NCBI GenBank assembly: GCA_963715985.1
Contig: CAVQSP010000014.1
Span: 512,001-576,000 of the forward strand
DNA: 64,000 nt
DNA from: an uncultured Thermoleophilia bacterium
GTDB lineage: Bacteria; Actinomycetota; Thermoleophilia; UBA2241
Direction: 5' to 3'
Positions 51,571-61,862 of the stretch are shown one piece after another. Position 1 is the first letter of the stretch, and every line of letters begins with the position of its first letter. Under the pieces are notes generated by a model that was not told the origin of the DNA, made no database searches, and worked only from the letters and a program-made list of their open reading frames with translations. Position numbers and translations under genes: made by a program.

Positions 51571-53269
51571 GCCCGAGCTACGCCAAGCCCACCACGCCGG
51601 CCGAGACGGCCGCCGCCTCGGCGCAGATCACCGACGAGGCCTACCGCGCCCTCGAGGACATCGTCGGCGCCGACAACGTCTCGCGTGACGCCGCCATCCT
51701 CGACACGTACGCGTTCCAGTGGCTCGCCGAGCTGGTGCGCCCCGACCAGAGCCACTACATGCCGCGTCCGGCGGCCGTCGTGCTGCCCGGATCGACCGAA
51801 GAGGTCCAGGCGATCGTCCGCCTGGCCAACAAGTACGGCCTGAAGGTGAAGCCGCACGGGACCGGCTGGTACCACTGGTCCGGTCCCATCAAGGACTCCG
51901 ACGCGACGCTGCAGCTCGACCTGCGCCGCATGGACGCCATCGTCGAGATCGACGAGCAGAACATGTACGCGGTCGTCGAGCCGTACGTGATCGCCGCGCA
52001 GCTGCAGGCGGAGATCCTCCCGCTGGGCCTCAACCTCAACATCCCCGGCGTGGGCTGCTCCAGCTCGATCGTCGCCAGCGCCTGCGCTTACCACGGCGCC
52101 GGTCCGGACACCTACTACATGGGCGGCAACGCCGAGAACGTGCTCGGCATGGAGTGGGTCACGCCCGAGGGCGAGATCGTCCGCACCGGCTCGCTCGGCT
52201 AGCGGCGACGGCTGGTTCTGCAGCGAGGGCCCCGGCCCGTCCGTGCGCGGCATCTGCCGGGGCACGCTCGGCAGCCGCGGCGGCCTTGGCGTGTACACGA
52301 AGTGCGCGGTCAAGCTCGCCCCGCACTTCGGCCAGACCGAGTGGAACGTCGAGGGCACGTTGCCCGCGTACCGCCTGCCCGTGCACGAGAACCTGCGCGT
52401 CTACACGCTCGCGGTCCCGGACTGGGACGCCTGGGCGGACATCTACTACAGGATCTACGACAACGAGATCGGCTACATCTTCCACCGCCAGTTCAACCTC
52501 GCCGGCGCCGACCTCGGCCCCGCGTTCTGGCTCATGTACAACGACGCATCCAAGGTCGCTCTCGGACGTGCCTGAGCTGGTCGCCGATCCGGAGGTCGCC
52601 GCGCTCACCGAGGAGATGCGCATCAGCTTCCAGCTCATCCTCGCAGGGCGCTCCAAGGACGACATCGAGCTGCAGGACAAGATCCTCGACGCCATCCTCG
52701 AGGAGGTCGGCGGCTGGAAGGTCGAGCGCTTCTGCGAGCAGGATATGGCCGAGTTCACCAACGTCTACCTGCAGCGGCTCGGCCACAAGCACGTCAACTT
52801 CGTCTGGGCCGGCGGCTACATCGGCAGCTGGATGCAGTTCGGCACGCCGGACTGGGTCAAGGGCTACGTGCCCACGGCCATCGACGGCCTTGCGCGGGAC
52901 GCCAAGGACGGTCTGCTCGTGCAGTGCGGGGGAGACGCGATGATGGGCTCCGGCAGCGGCATCCCGCTGGGCGGCGCCACCGGCCTCGAGCAGTTCGTCA
53001 GCTACGACCCGGACGACCAGGCCTCGACCAAGGCCGGCATCAAGCACATGGAGGACGCGGTCAAGGATGCCGCCTCCATCAGCTACCCGCCGGGCAAGGA
53101 GTTCCTCTACCTGCAGATCGGCTGGACCGACGAGCAGATCTGGGACGCGCTCGCGCACGCCAAGCAGCCGCAGGTGTTCCACTACCAGCGGCAGATCAAG
53201 GAAGCATTCGACCCCAACGACGTCGGCGACAGGATGTATCCCACGCTGCCGGCCGACCGGGGAGAGTGA
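51567..53269 (+). CDS. Second FAD-binding oxidoreductase (PCMH-like); frameshifts near 52199 and 52555
   Basis: 'PAAVVLPGSTEEVQAIVRLANKY', 'LDLRRMD', 'GMEWVTPEGEIVRTGSLG...GPGPS', 'IKEAFDPN'. Confidence 0.82.
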
Positions 53270-53298
53270 CCCTCAGGCGCTGACGCGGCGCCAGTTCC

Positions 53299-53340
53299 GG
53301 AGCGGGGCGGCCCGCACGTCCCCCAGGGCCGCCCCGCTCC
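53299..53340. terminator. 15-bp hairpin between convergent genes
   Basis: GGAGCGGGGCGGCCC ... GGGCCGCCCCGCTCC. Confidence 0.55.
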
Positions 53341-53412
53341 GCACGATCCTGGCGTGAGACCCCGCGCCCGATGCCGCGTCGCGGCGCGGGCACCGACGAG
53401 CCGAAGGGCGCG

Positions 53413-54531
53413 TCAGTCCCCGCCAGGGAGCCGCAGCCTGACGAGGTGGCTGCCCACCACGGCAGCCAGCATGCCGAGAAGCTGCGGTTCCCCGCTCCGG
53501 GCGGGTCTCGAAAGCGAGAGGGTCAGCGTCAGCTCGACAGGACCCGAGGCGTCGGTCGCGGTCAGCACGTCCGCACCCTTCAGGGTGAGTCGGCGGCGGC
53601 TCCTTTCTCCCTCTTCCACGCCCTCAGCGGCTTCGCCGGCGCGGCTTCTGGAGAAGCCGGCGCTCATGCCACCGGCCGCGGCGACGCAGCTCACGGCGGC
53701 GAAGGTCTCGCAGGCGGACCGAGCGGCGGCCTCCAGGAGGCCGCCGATGTCGGCGGCTCTGCCGAGGGCCGCGACGGTGTCGCCGGCCACGTCGATGGCC
53801 GCGCAGATCTCCTCGATCTCGCGAGTGGCGGCTCTCGCGTCGGAGTATGTCTGGGCGTTGTGCAGGGCGACCGCTGCCTGCCCCGCGATCCCACTGCAGA
53901 TCCTCAGCTCCTGCCGCGAGTAGCGGCGCTCGCGGAGGTGATCCATCAGTTCGAGCAGGCCGATCGAGTGACCGCCGTAGACCATCGGCACCATGAGGAG
54001 GCTCTTGTCTCCGTCTCGGGCAAGCTCTCGCAGCTCGTCCGGGTCCGCGGCGGGATCGCTGAGATTGACGACCGCCGTGACCTGCTCTTCGAGGACATGG
54101 CGCGTGAGCGGGTAGCGCGAGAGCGCGTAGGTCCCCCGGTCGGGCAGACGACGGCCGCCGTCGTCGAAGTCGGCGAGCATCGTCACCGTTTGGGACAGGT
54201 CGTCGTAGGCAGAGATGGCGCAGAACTGGCAGTCCATGAGGCGCGTGAGTCGCTTCGCTATCTCCTTCAGCAGGTCGGTCAGCTCGAGTCTGCTGACCAG
54301 CGCCAGGGACGTCTCGAGCAGCGTGTCGACCTCGCGCTCGCGGGCCCGGCGGGCGGCCATGTGGTTGCTGTCCCCGATCTGTTGGGCGAGCGCCTCCACG
54401 TCTTCTTCACGGATGCGCCTGTGCCCTCCGGGGGTCCGCGTGCACGGCAGAAGACCGCTGGCCGTCCATCGGCGGACCGTGTGGGGCGCCACTCCGAGCC
54501 GCAACGCCGCGCGCTGCACATTGAGGTACAT
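53413..54531 (-). CDS. Excisionase/BldC-like HTH fused to a GAF domain (sensor-regulator)
   Basis: 'YLNVQRAALRLGVAPHTVRRW..SGLLPC.RTPGGHRR', GAF 'SLLMVPM...IGLLE...QAAVALHNA'. Confidence 0.8.
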   Translation of the reverse strand: MYLNVQRAALRLGVAPHTVRRWTASGLLPCTRTPGGHRRIREEDVEALAQQIGDSNHMAARRAREREVDTLLETSLALVSRLELTDLLKEIAKRLTRLMDCQFCAISAYDDLSQTVTMLADFDDGGRRLPDRGTYALSRYPLTRHVLEEQVTAVVNLSDPAADPDELRELARDGDKSLLMVPMVYGGHSIGLLELMDHLRERRYSRQELRICSGIAGQAAVALHNAQTYSDARAATREIEEICAAIDVAGDTVAALGRAADIGGLLEAAARSACETFAAVSCVAAAGGMSAGFSRSRAGEAAEGVEEGERSRRRLTLKGADVLTATDASGPVELTLTLSLSRPARSGEPQLLGMLAAVVGSHLVRLRLPGGD

Positions 54532-54712
54532 CTACCACCTCTCGCTTCGAAAAGTGTCAGGTTAGTTGAAGTTCTCGTCAGCACCTCTGTCAAGACCGTT
54601 GAGGAGATAGTCCTGTAAATCGGCGTGAAGCGTGACACGATTCGTCAAGAAACCCGCAGCCATTGATTCAAGTCGCGGAGGCTTGGGTGGCTGCTCTGGA
54701 AAGGTGTGAGTC

Positions 54713-55918
54713 ATGCGAGTACTGCAGTTGGGCGTTGGTTCCGTCGGCGAAGTGACGGCGCGCACCGTAGCCACGGAGCCCGAGGTGACCTCGGTCGTCC
54801 TCGCCGACATCGATGAGTCGCGGCTGGCCGCCGTGGCCTCCAGGCTTCCTGAGGGCAAGGCGACGACACTGCCGCTCGATGTGCGCGACAAGGATGCGCT
54901 CGTCAGAGCGTTGTCGGAGGTCGATCTCGTCATCAACGGCCTCATCCCCGAGGTCAACCTCGACGTCATGGCGGCCTGTCTGGAGGCCCGTACGAACTAC
55001 CTCGACATGGCCGCGGCCGGGCCACGTGACATCGTCGGCACCGCCGACGTCGACGAGGAGCTGGCGCTGCACGACGAGTTCAAGAAGGCCGGACTGACGG
55101 GTCTGGTCTTCTTCGGCATCGACCCCGGCGCGAGCGACGTCTTCGCGCGCAGCCTGTACGACCAGTTCGACACGGTCGAGCGCCTCACGGTGCTCGACGG
55201 CGACAACTCCAGCGCCGAGGGCGTCGACTACGCGCCGAGCTTCTCGCCGACCACCATGGTCGAGGAGTGCCTGATCCTGCCGCCCCACGCCTTCGAGAAC
55301 GGCAAGAGCATCCGCCGCACCTCGCTCTCGAAGAACTTCGACTTCACCTTCCCGGAGCCGGTCGGGCAGCTCACGGTGTGGAACGTCGACCACGAGGAGT
55401 CGCAGCTGATGCCGCTCTTCCTCGGCGACAAGGGCCTCAAGAACGCCGACTTCTTCATCGCCCTCGACCCGGACTGGGCGAACCTGCTGCTGGCCTGGCG
55501 TCGCCTCGGATTCGACCACAACAAGGAGATCGAGTTCGAAGGCGCCCGCTTCCGGCCGCTCGACCTGCTGGTCTCGCGCCTGCCCAAGTCGGTCGACCTC
55601 ATCGGCAAGATGCACGGCGCCGTCTGCGTCGGCACGCTGGCCGAGGGCACGATCGGCGGGAAGCGCGTGCGGCGCTTCATGTACCAGATCACGTCGCACG
55701 ACCAGGCGTTCGCGGAGCACGGCGTTCAGGGCACCGGCTGGCAGACAGGTGTGCCCGCCGCCTGCGCCGGCATCATGCTGGCGAAGGGGCTCGCTCCGAC
55801 GAACGGCGTCTATGCGCCCGAGCAGATCGACCCGGCGCCGTTCCTCGAGCTCATGACGAAGCACGGCACGCCCTGGGGTGTCGTAGACCTGCCCGCGGAC
55901 GAAGAACTGCCGATCTGA
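54713..55918 (+). CDS. Saccharopine dehydrogenase family oxidoreductase (carboxy(nor)spermidine synthase-like)
   Basis: GxGxxG 'LGVGSVG', 'NYLDMA', 'GIDPG', 'VDHEE', 'QTGVPAA', 'GVYAPEQIDP'. Confidence 0.82.
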   Translation: MRVLQLGVGSVGEVTARTVATEPEVTSVVLADIDESRLAAVASRLPEGKATTLPLDVRDKDALVRALSEVDLVINGLIPEVNLDVMAACLEARTNYLDMAAAGPRDIVGTADVDEELALHDEFKKAGLTGLVFFGIDPGASDVFARSLYDQFDTVERLTVLDGDNSSAEGVDYAPSFSPTTMVEECLILPPHAFENGKSIRRTSLSKNFDFTFPEPVGQLTVWNVDHEESQLMPLFLGDKGLKNADFFIALDPDWANLLLAWRRLGFDHNKEIEFEGARFRPLDLLVSRLPKSVDLIGKMHGAVCVGTLAEGTIGGKRVRRFMYQITSHDQAFAEHGVQGTGWQTGVPAACAGIMLAKGLAPTNGVYAPEQIDPAPFLELMTKHGTPWGVVDLPADEELPI

Positions 55919-55939
55919 GACCGAGTCGGGGGGCGGAAC

Positions 55940-57354
55940 GTGTCTGAGCAGCTCCGGAGGGTGCGGATACCACTCCTCACCGCCGTGGCCATGATCTTCA
56001 TCTTCGTGTCCTCGGGCGCCTTCGGCATCGAGGACATGGTGGGCAGCGACGGGTCAGGGCCGGGCCTGACCCTCCTGCTGCTCCTCGTGCTGCCCCTGGT
56101 CTGGGCGCTGCCGATGGCGCTCGTGTGCTCGGAGCTCGGCTCGGCGATCCCCGAGGAGGGCGGCTACTACGTCTGGACCCGGCGTGCTCTGGGCGAGTTC
56201 TGGGGCTTTCAGTGCGGCTGGTGGGCGTGGACCTGCCAGTGGGTCGACTCGGCCGTCTACATCGCCCTCGTCCAGGGCTACATCGCCACGTGGTGGCCGC
56301 AGCTGAACGCCTGGGAGATCTGGGGCATCGGCGCGATCCTGATCGCCGTGTTCGCCTACACCAACATCCGCGGCCTCAACATCATCGCCATCAGCTCGGC
56401 GATCTTCACGGTCATCATCGTCGCACCCTTCGTCGTACTCATCGTCCTGGGGTTCTCTCACTGGCACGGCTCGCCCCTGCAGCCGTTCATCCCTCCCGGC
56501 GAGTCGTTCCTGAACAGCCTCAACTACGGACTCGCCATCGGCGTCTGGATGTACTCGGGCTTCGACTCGATGTCGACCCTGGCCGGCGAGATGGAGAACC
56601 CCCGGCGCATCATCCCGAAAGCGCTGATGATCGCCACGCCGATCATCGTGGCGCTGTACTTCCTGCCGACCCTGGCCGGCCTCGCCGGCGTGGACGGCTG
56701 GGCGGACTGGGCGACGACGGGCGGTACGTCGTTCGTGGAGGTCGCGAAGTCGCTGGGCGGCCCGATCCTGGGCTACGCGATGCTCGGGGCCGCCGTGATC
56801 AGCAACCTGGCGCTCTATCAGGACTACCTCACCAGCGGCTCTCGCCCCGCCTACTCGATGGCCGAGGACAGGCTTCTGCCGAGGGTGCTCACCAAGGCGC
56901 ACCCGAAGTACGGCACGCCGTTCATCTCCATCCTGTTCCTCGCCGGCCTCAACCTCGTGCTCATCATGGGCACCTTCGCCAACCTCGTGGTCATCGACGT
57001 GATGCTGAACATGTTCTACTACCTGCTCATCTTCGTCGCCGCGATCCGCCTGCGACAGAAGGAGCCGGACCTGGAGCGGCCGTTCCGGATCTGGGGCAAC
57101 ACCGCGGTGCTGGCTGCGATCTGCGCGCCGGCGATCTTCATCGCGCTGGCGACGATCTACACCAACGCGGTGGACACCGAGACGAGTCATCTTCGGTCGC
57201 GCGAGCTTCACCGTTCTGGTAGTTACCTTCGGCTGGTACGGGATAGGCGGGCTTATCGGACTGCATCGCCGGACCGATCGCCTATCTGGTCTTCAAGCGG
57301 ACTCTCGGAGGGAGGTCCGACAAGCACGACAGGGACACGGCGGCCGCCGGCTGA
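55940..57354 (+). CDS. APC family permease, polyamine/amino acid type; C-terminal frameshifts near 57190-57270
   Basis: 'VSSGAFGIEDMV', 'ELGSAIPEEGGYYVW', 'WMYSGFDSMSTLAGEMENP', 'LRQKEPDLERPFR'. Confidence 0.85.
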
Positions 57355-57387
57355 GTGTCCGCGCACGCTATGAAACGGGGGAGAACG

Positions 57388-59439
57388 ATGACGCGACGTC
57401 TTGGACCACTCTGTGTGCTCGTCGTCTGTGCGCTGGCGCTGCTTGCGCCGGGCGTCGCCGGGGCGGCGACACAGACCTACGATCAGGCCGTCGAGCAGCT
57501 GATCAGCGATGGCTACCCGCAGACCATCGAGACGTACCTCGACAGCCTGGGCGCGAACCCGCTCGGCTTCCGTCTTGCCGGCACCGATGCCGAGCAGGCG
57601 GCGAGCCGGTATCTCGCTGCGGAGCTCAAGGACATGGGCCTGAGCAACGTGCGCCTCGAGCCGGTGCCGGTCGATGCCTACGAGCTCCTCGGCGCGAGCG
57701 TCACCGTCGGCAGCCGTGCGATGACGGCCTCGCAGTTCCCGGGTATTCCCGGCACCTCGCCCACGGGCATCACCGGCGACGTCGTGTATGTGCACGACGG
57801 CACCGCTGCCGACTTCGACGCCGCCGGCGATGTGACCGGCAAGATCGTCCTCGTCGACACCTTCCTCGAGGACTTCTGGCTCAACTCGCCGGGCGCCGAG
57901 GCTACTCTCCGCGGCGCCACCGCCGTGATCGCCACGTACGGCCCTCACAGCTACCCGTGGTATTCGATCGCCCCGGACGCGCTGGGATCGAACGACGGTG
58001 AGTACATGGACCACTGGGTGCCGTTCGTCTACATCTCCCGCCAGGATGGGGACTGGCTCAAGAGCCGGCTCGAGTCGGGGACGGCCGCGGCGACCGTCAA
58101 GAGCGCCGTGGAGATCACCCCGCACGACTTCGACGACCCTGAGGCCGGGGGCGTGGGCTACAACGTGGTCGCCGAGCTGCCCGGCACCTCCGGCGACGAC
58201 GGGTTCGTCCTCGTCACTTCGCATCAGGACGCCCACTTCCGCTGCGGTCTCGACGACACGGGCGCCCTGGTCGCCGAGATGACCATGGCCAAAGCCATGA
58301 TGATGAGCGGCGCCAAGCCGAAGCGTACGGTCGTCTTCCTGCTCACGAGCGGTGAGGAGTTCGGCTACGGCAACTCCTACTTCGACTACCTCACCGGCGC
58401 CTGGTGGGCGATCAGCCACACGCATCCCGACTGGGCCGGCAAGGCGGTCGCGATGCTCAACCTGGAGTGCTTCGCGCGACCCGGAGCGGCGTCTGCGAAC
58501 ACCTCGCCCGAGCTGGCGCGGTGGCTGCGCCGGGTGGCAAAGGAGAACGACGACCTGTTGCCCTGGGGGATGAACGTGACGGCCGTCAAGAGTTCGTGGG
58601 ACGACGGCTGGCCGCTGCTCGCCTCCGGCGTGCCCTCCTTCACCATGTCGGCCGCGGGTGACGACTTCTGGGAGCGCTATCACTCCACGTGGGAGACCAA
58701 GGAGACCATCAGCTGGCAGTACCTCGGCAAGCTCACGCGCTTCGTGGGCGCCGTGCAACGCAAGCTCGACGGGGGCCTGCTGCCGTACGACCTGCCGAGT
58801 CGTGCTCAGAGCGTCCAGGCGTCGGTACAGGCGCCGTTGCTGCGTGCCGCCGGCGTCCCCGCCGCCGACGTGACGGGCCTCGTGCGCGCGGCAGACCGAT
58901 TCCAGGCGGCCGCCGGCCGCTTCGCCGCCCGCAAGGCGACTATCCCGACCTCCCGCCACGCCGCCGTCAACAAGCGCCTGCTTGACGTGGTGAGGGACAT
59001 CGACGCGAACCTCACGGGCCTCAGTGCCTTCGAGGAGACGGTGTACCCGCACCAGCAGGTGCTGTGGGACGTCCTCAGCCTCAACGCGACGCTGGCCGAG
59101 CTCGGGCGCGCCACGCCGCGGCCCGCCAAGGCGCTCAAGGCGCTCATCAACGTGGGCAAGACCTACTACGGCCTGGAGTTCAGCCCCGAGGTGTACGCCG
59201 AGGACCTCTCACGCCTCGAGCCGGACTACCCGCTGCTCACCTGGGGCGCCCTGGGTCATCTCGCGCCGCAGCTCAACGTCGTGGAGCAGTACCGTCTCAT
59301 CGAGAAGGGGAAGTACGCGGAGGCCGCGGCCGATCTGAAGCCGCTGCGTGACGGCGACCGTGTCGAGCTGGTGAGCCGGGTCAAGAGCCTGCGAGCCCTG
59401 CTGCAGCGACTCACGCCTCGCATCAACGCTCTGCGCTGA
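57388..59439 (+). CDS. Secreted M28 family metallopeptidase with PA domain
   Basis: Signal peptide; 'RLAGT', 'DVTGKIVL', 'NVVAELPG', 'SHQDA', 'GLDDT', 'GEEFG', 'YHS'. Confidence 0.85.
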   Translation: MTRRLGPLCVLVVCALALLAPGVAGAATQTYDQAVEQLISDGYPQTIETYLDSLGANPLGFRLAGTDAEQAASRYLAAELKDMGLSNVRLEPVPVDAYELLGASVTVGSRAMTASQFPGIPGTSPTGITGDVVYVHDGTAADFDAAGDVTGKIVLVDTFLEDFWLNSPGAEATLRGATAVIATYGPHSYPWYSIAPDALGSNDGEYMDHWVPFVYISRQDGDWLKSRLESGTAAATVKSAVEITPHDFDDPEAGGVGYNVVAELPGTSGDDGFVLVTSHQDAHFRCGLDDTGALVAEMTMAKAMMMSGAKPKRTVVFLLTSGEEFGYGNSYFDYLTGAWWAISHTHPDWAGKAVAMLNLECFARPGAASANTSPELARWLRRVAKENDDLLPWGMNVTAVKSSWDDGWPLLASGVPSFTMSAAGDDFWERYHSTWETKETISWQYLGKLTRFVGAVQRKLDGGLLPYDLPSRAQSVQASVQAPLLRAAGVPAADVTGLVRAADRFQAAAGRFAARKATIPTSRHAAVNKRLLDVVRDIDANLTGLSAFEETVYPHQQVLWDVLSLNATLAELGRATPRPAKALKALINVGKTYYGLEFSPEVYAEDLSRLEPDYPLLTWGALGHLAPQLNVVEQYRLIEKGKYAEAAADLKPLRDGDRVELVSRVKSLRALLQRLTPRINALR

Positions 59440-59488
59440 GCCACGACGTCGCGCCCTGACGGGCGCTCGAGGCCGGGGAACCCGACGC

Positions 59489-59529
59489 GATCAGGCGGCC
59501 GCCGTCAGGCGGCCGCCTGATCCGTTTGT
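59489..59529 (+). terminator. Intrinsic terminator candidate
   Basis: GATCAGGCGGCCGCC-GTCA-GGCGGCCGCCTGATC followed by CGTTTGT. Confidence 0.6.
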
Positions 59530-59749
59530 GGGCGCCGGCACGGGAGCAGAACGGGCAGCCGTCCGCTCGCAAGGAAGAAGCGTCGGTGGACGAGCTCATC
59601 CAACGGGGCGGCGGCTCTGAGGCGATGGCCGGACTCACATGCCCGGAGAGCGCGGTGGTCGCGGCGCAGGTCGGCGGAACTCCCCATGGCCTCGAGGGGC
59701 GCGTGCGTCCGCCGCCTCAGGGGCCGGGTCCCTGAGTCCGCAAGTGCAG

Positions 59750-59780
59750 TTGACAATTCCGCTAACTCTCATTTAGATAT
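59750..59780 (+). promoter_or_regulatory. Promoter region with TTGACA and CATTTAGATAT
   Basis: The 11-mer is the exact reverse complement of 28644-28654. Confidence 0.4.
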
Positions 59781-59856
59781 GTGGACTTCGCTGCGACGAC
59801 TAGCCTAGCTCTCGTTTAGTTGAGTGGACTTCTGACCGGAGGATGGGGAGGACCGC

Positions 59857-60079
59857 TTGAACGCCATCCAGATCGACTTCGACGCCTGCACCGGCTGTCA
59901 GACGTGCTACGAGGCCTGCTTCATGGACGTCTTCCGCTGGGACGCCGCCGCGGAGAAGCCCATCGTCGCCTATCCGGAAGACTGCGTGGAGTGCAACAAG
60001 TGCGAGCTCGAGTGCCCGGAGGAGTGCGTCACGGTCGATCCCCGACTTCGCCGGCATGTACTGGCCGCAGGTGGTGTGA
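59857..60079 (+). CDS. Second AprB-like ferredoxin (TTG start; frameshift near 60036)
   Basis: CTGCQTCYEACF...YPEDCVECNKCELECP; GGAGG RBS. Confidence 0.82.
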
Positions 60080-60080
60080 C

Positions 60081-61803
60081 GTGGCGACGCTGGAATCACT
60101 CGGCACCGTGCTCTCCGCCGACCTCCTGATCGTCGGCGGCGGCATCGCCGGCCTCGCCTGCGCCATCCGCGCCAAGGAGGTCGATCCCGAGGTCGACGTG
60201 CTCGTCCTCGACAAGGTCGTCTCCGGCTGGGGCGGCAAGGCCAACAAGGGCGGCGGCAACATCGTCTTCATGGACCCCGCCGACGGCATCGACACCTTCC
60301 TCGACTTCCACCTGCACAACGTCGGCGAGTTCCTCGAGGACCAGGAGCTCCTGCGCGACTTCGCCAACGAGTCGCGCGGCAACCTCGAGCGCCTCGAGAG
60401 CTGGGGCGTGCACATCTACCGCGACGAGGCCGGCGAGCCCAAGTACGTGCGCTGGCTGCCCGAGCAGCCGTGGCGCATGGCCGTCCTCGACCAGGACCTC
60501 ACGCTCAACATGGCCAAGCACGCGCGCCAGCTCGGCGTGCGCTTCCGCGACCGCGTGGAGATCGTCGACCTGCTCAAGGACGGCGACGCGCGTCTGCGGC
60601 GCCGTCGGCTTCGGCATGCTCGAGGGCGAGTGCATCATCGTGCAGGCCGGCGCCGTCGTGCTGGCCAACGGCAACCAGTGCTTCAAGCTGATGCCGCGCT
60701 GGTCCAGCGCCGGCGGTGAGGGCATCGCCGCCGCCTACCGCGCCGGGGCCGCGATGCGCGGCGCCGAGTTCGGCAACTTCATCAACTGGGTGTTCACCGA
60801 TACCAAGGAAGTCTGCCAGGGCGCCGAGGACGTGCTCTACAACAGCAAGGGCGAGAACATCTCCAAGCGCGTGCGCCCCACCCTCGAGTCCGACGTGGCC
60901 TCCAAGGAGGTCGTCGAGTGGTGGCGCGAGATGCAGGCCGGCAACGGCCCCATCTGCGCCAACATGGCGGAGAACTACGTGAACAACGAGATCGTCCCCG
61001 CCTTCCACGAGGACAAGCTGGCCGTGCGCCCGGTCAGCATGAAGTTCTGGGGCCTGACGATCGGCAAGGCCATGGCCGCCTCCACGGTGCGCGGCCCCAT
61101 GCAGCCGGTGATGCCGGGCCTCAACGCCGAGCTCTCGCCGCTCAAGGTCGACCACGAGATGGCGACCAGCCTGCCCGGGCTCTTCGCCATCGGCGACGCC
61201 TGCTATGCGGGCTCCTGCCTCGCCGGCGCCGTGCCGGCTCCCCCCGGGCGCATGCGCGGCTCCGGCCTCGGCTTCGCCACCTTCTCCGGCGTGCGCTGCG
61301 CCCCGGCGGCGGTGGCGGCGGCCAGAGCCGGGGCGGCGACGCCCGACGCGGCGCAGGCGGAGGCGCTCAAGGCGCGCGTCTTCGCGCCGCTCGGGCGCAG
61401 CGGCATGGCGGCCCCCGAGCTGGTGCACGCGGTGCAGGACGTCATGGCGCCCGTGGGCTACAGCATCTACAAGAGCGCCGAGCGTATGAACGAGGCGCTC
61501 GAGAAGGTGCTGGCGCTCAAGGAGCAGGTGCCGCGGCTCGCCGCCCCGGACCCGCACTACCTGGCCGCCTGCCACGTCGCCGAGGCCATGGTCCTCGGCG
61601 CCGAGCTGTTCTACCGCGCCTCCCTCGCTCGCGAGGAGTCGCGCGGCTGGCACCTGCGCGAGGACTTCCCGGAGCGCGACGACGCCGGCTTCCTCAAGTG
61701 GATCGAGCTGCGCGACGCCGGCGGCGAGATGGCGGTGTCGCTGCACGACGTGCCGATCGAGAGGTATCCCGTGCAGGCAGACGGGAGCGAGGTCCCGGCT
61801 TGA
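60081..61803 (+). CDS. Second AprA/SdhA-superfamily flavoprotein, paralog of 41474; frameshift near 60590
   Basis: 'DLLIVGGGIAG', 'GWGGKANKGGG', 'ELSPLKVDHEM', 'PGRMRGSGL', 'REESRGWHLREDFPERDD'. Confidence 0.82.
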
Positions 61804-61862
61804 TGGACGTGCGGACCCGAGTCACCGTCCTCGGCGTCCCGGAGCTCACGGGGGGGTCCAGC

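Noticed and set aside
50118-52202. In-frame fusions among the FAD/CCG triad genes
   Set aside because: Each junction has an AGGAGG RBS and an adjacent or overlapping stop in the neighbouring frame, consistent with single-base errors
52200-52202. TAG as a pyrrolysine codon
   Set aside because: The protein continues in a different frame, so this is an insertion and not readthrough
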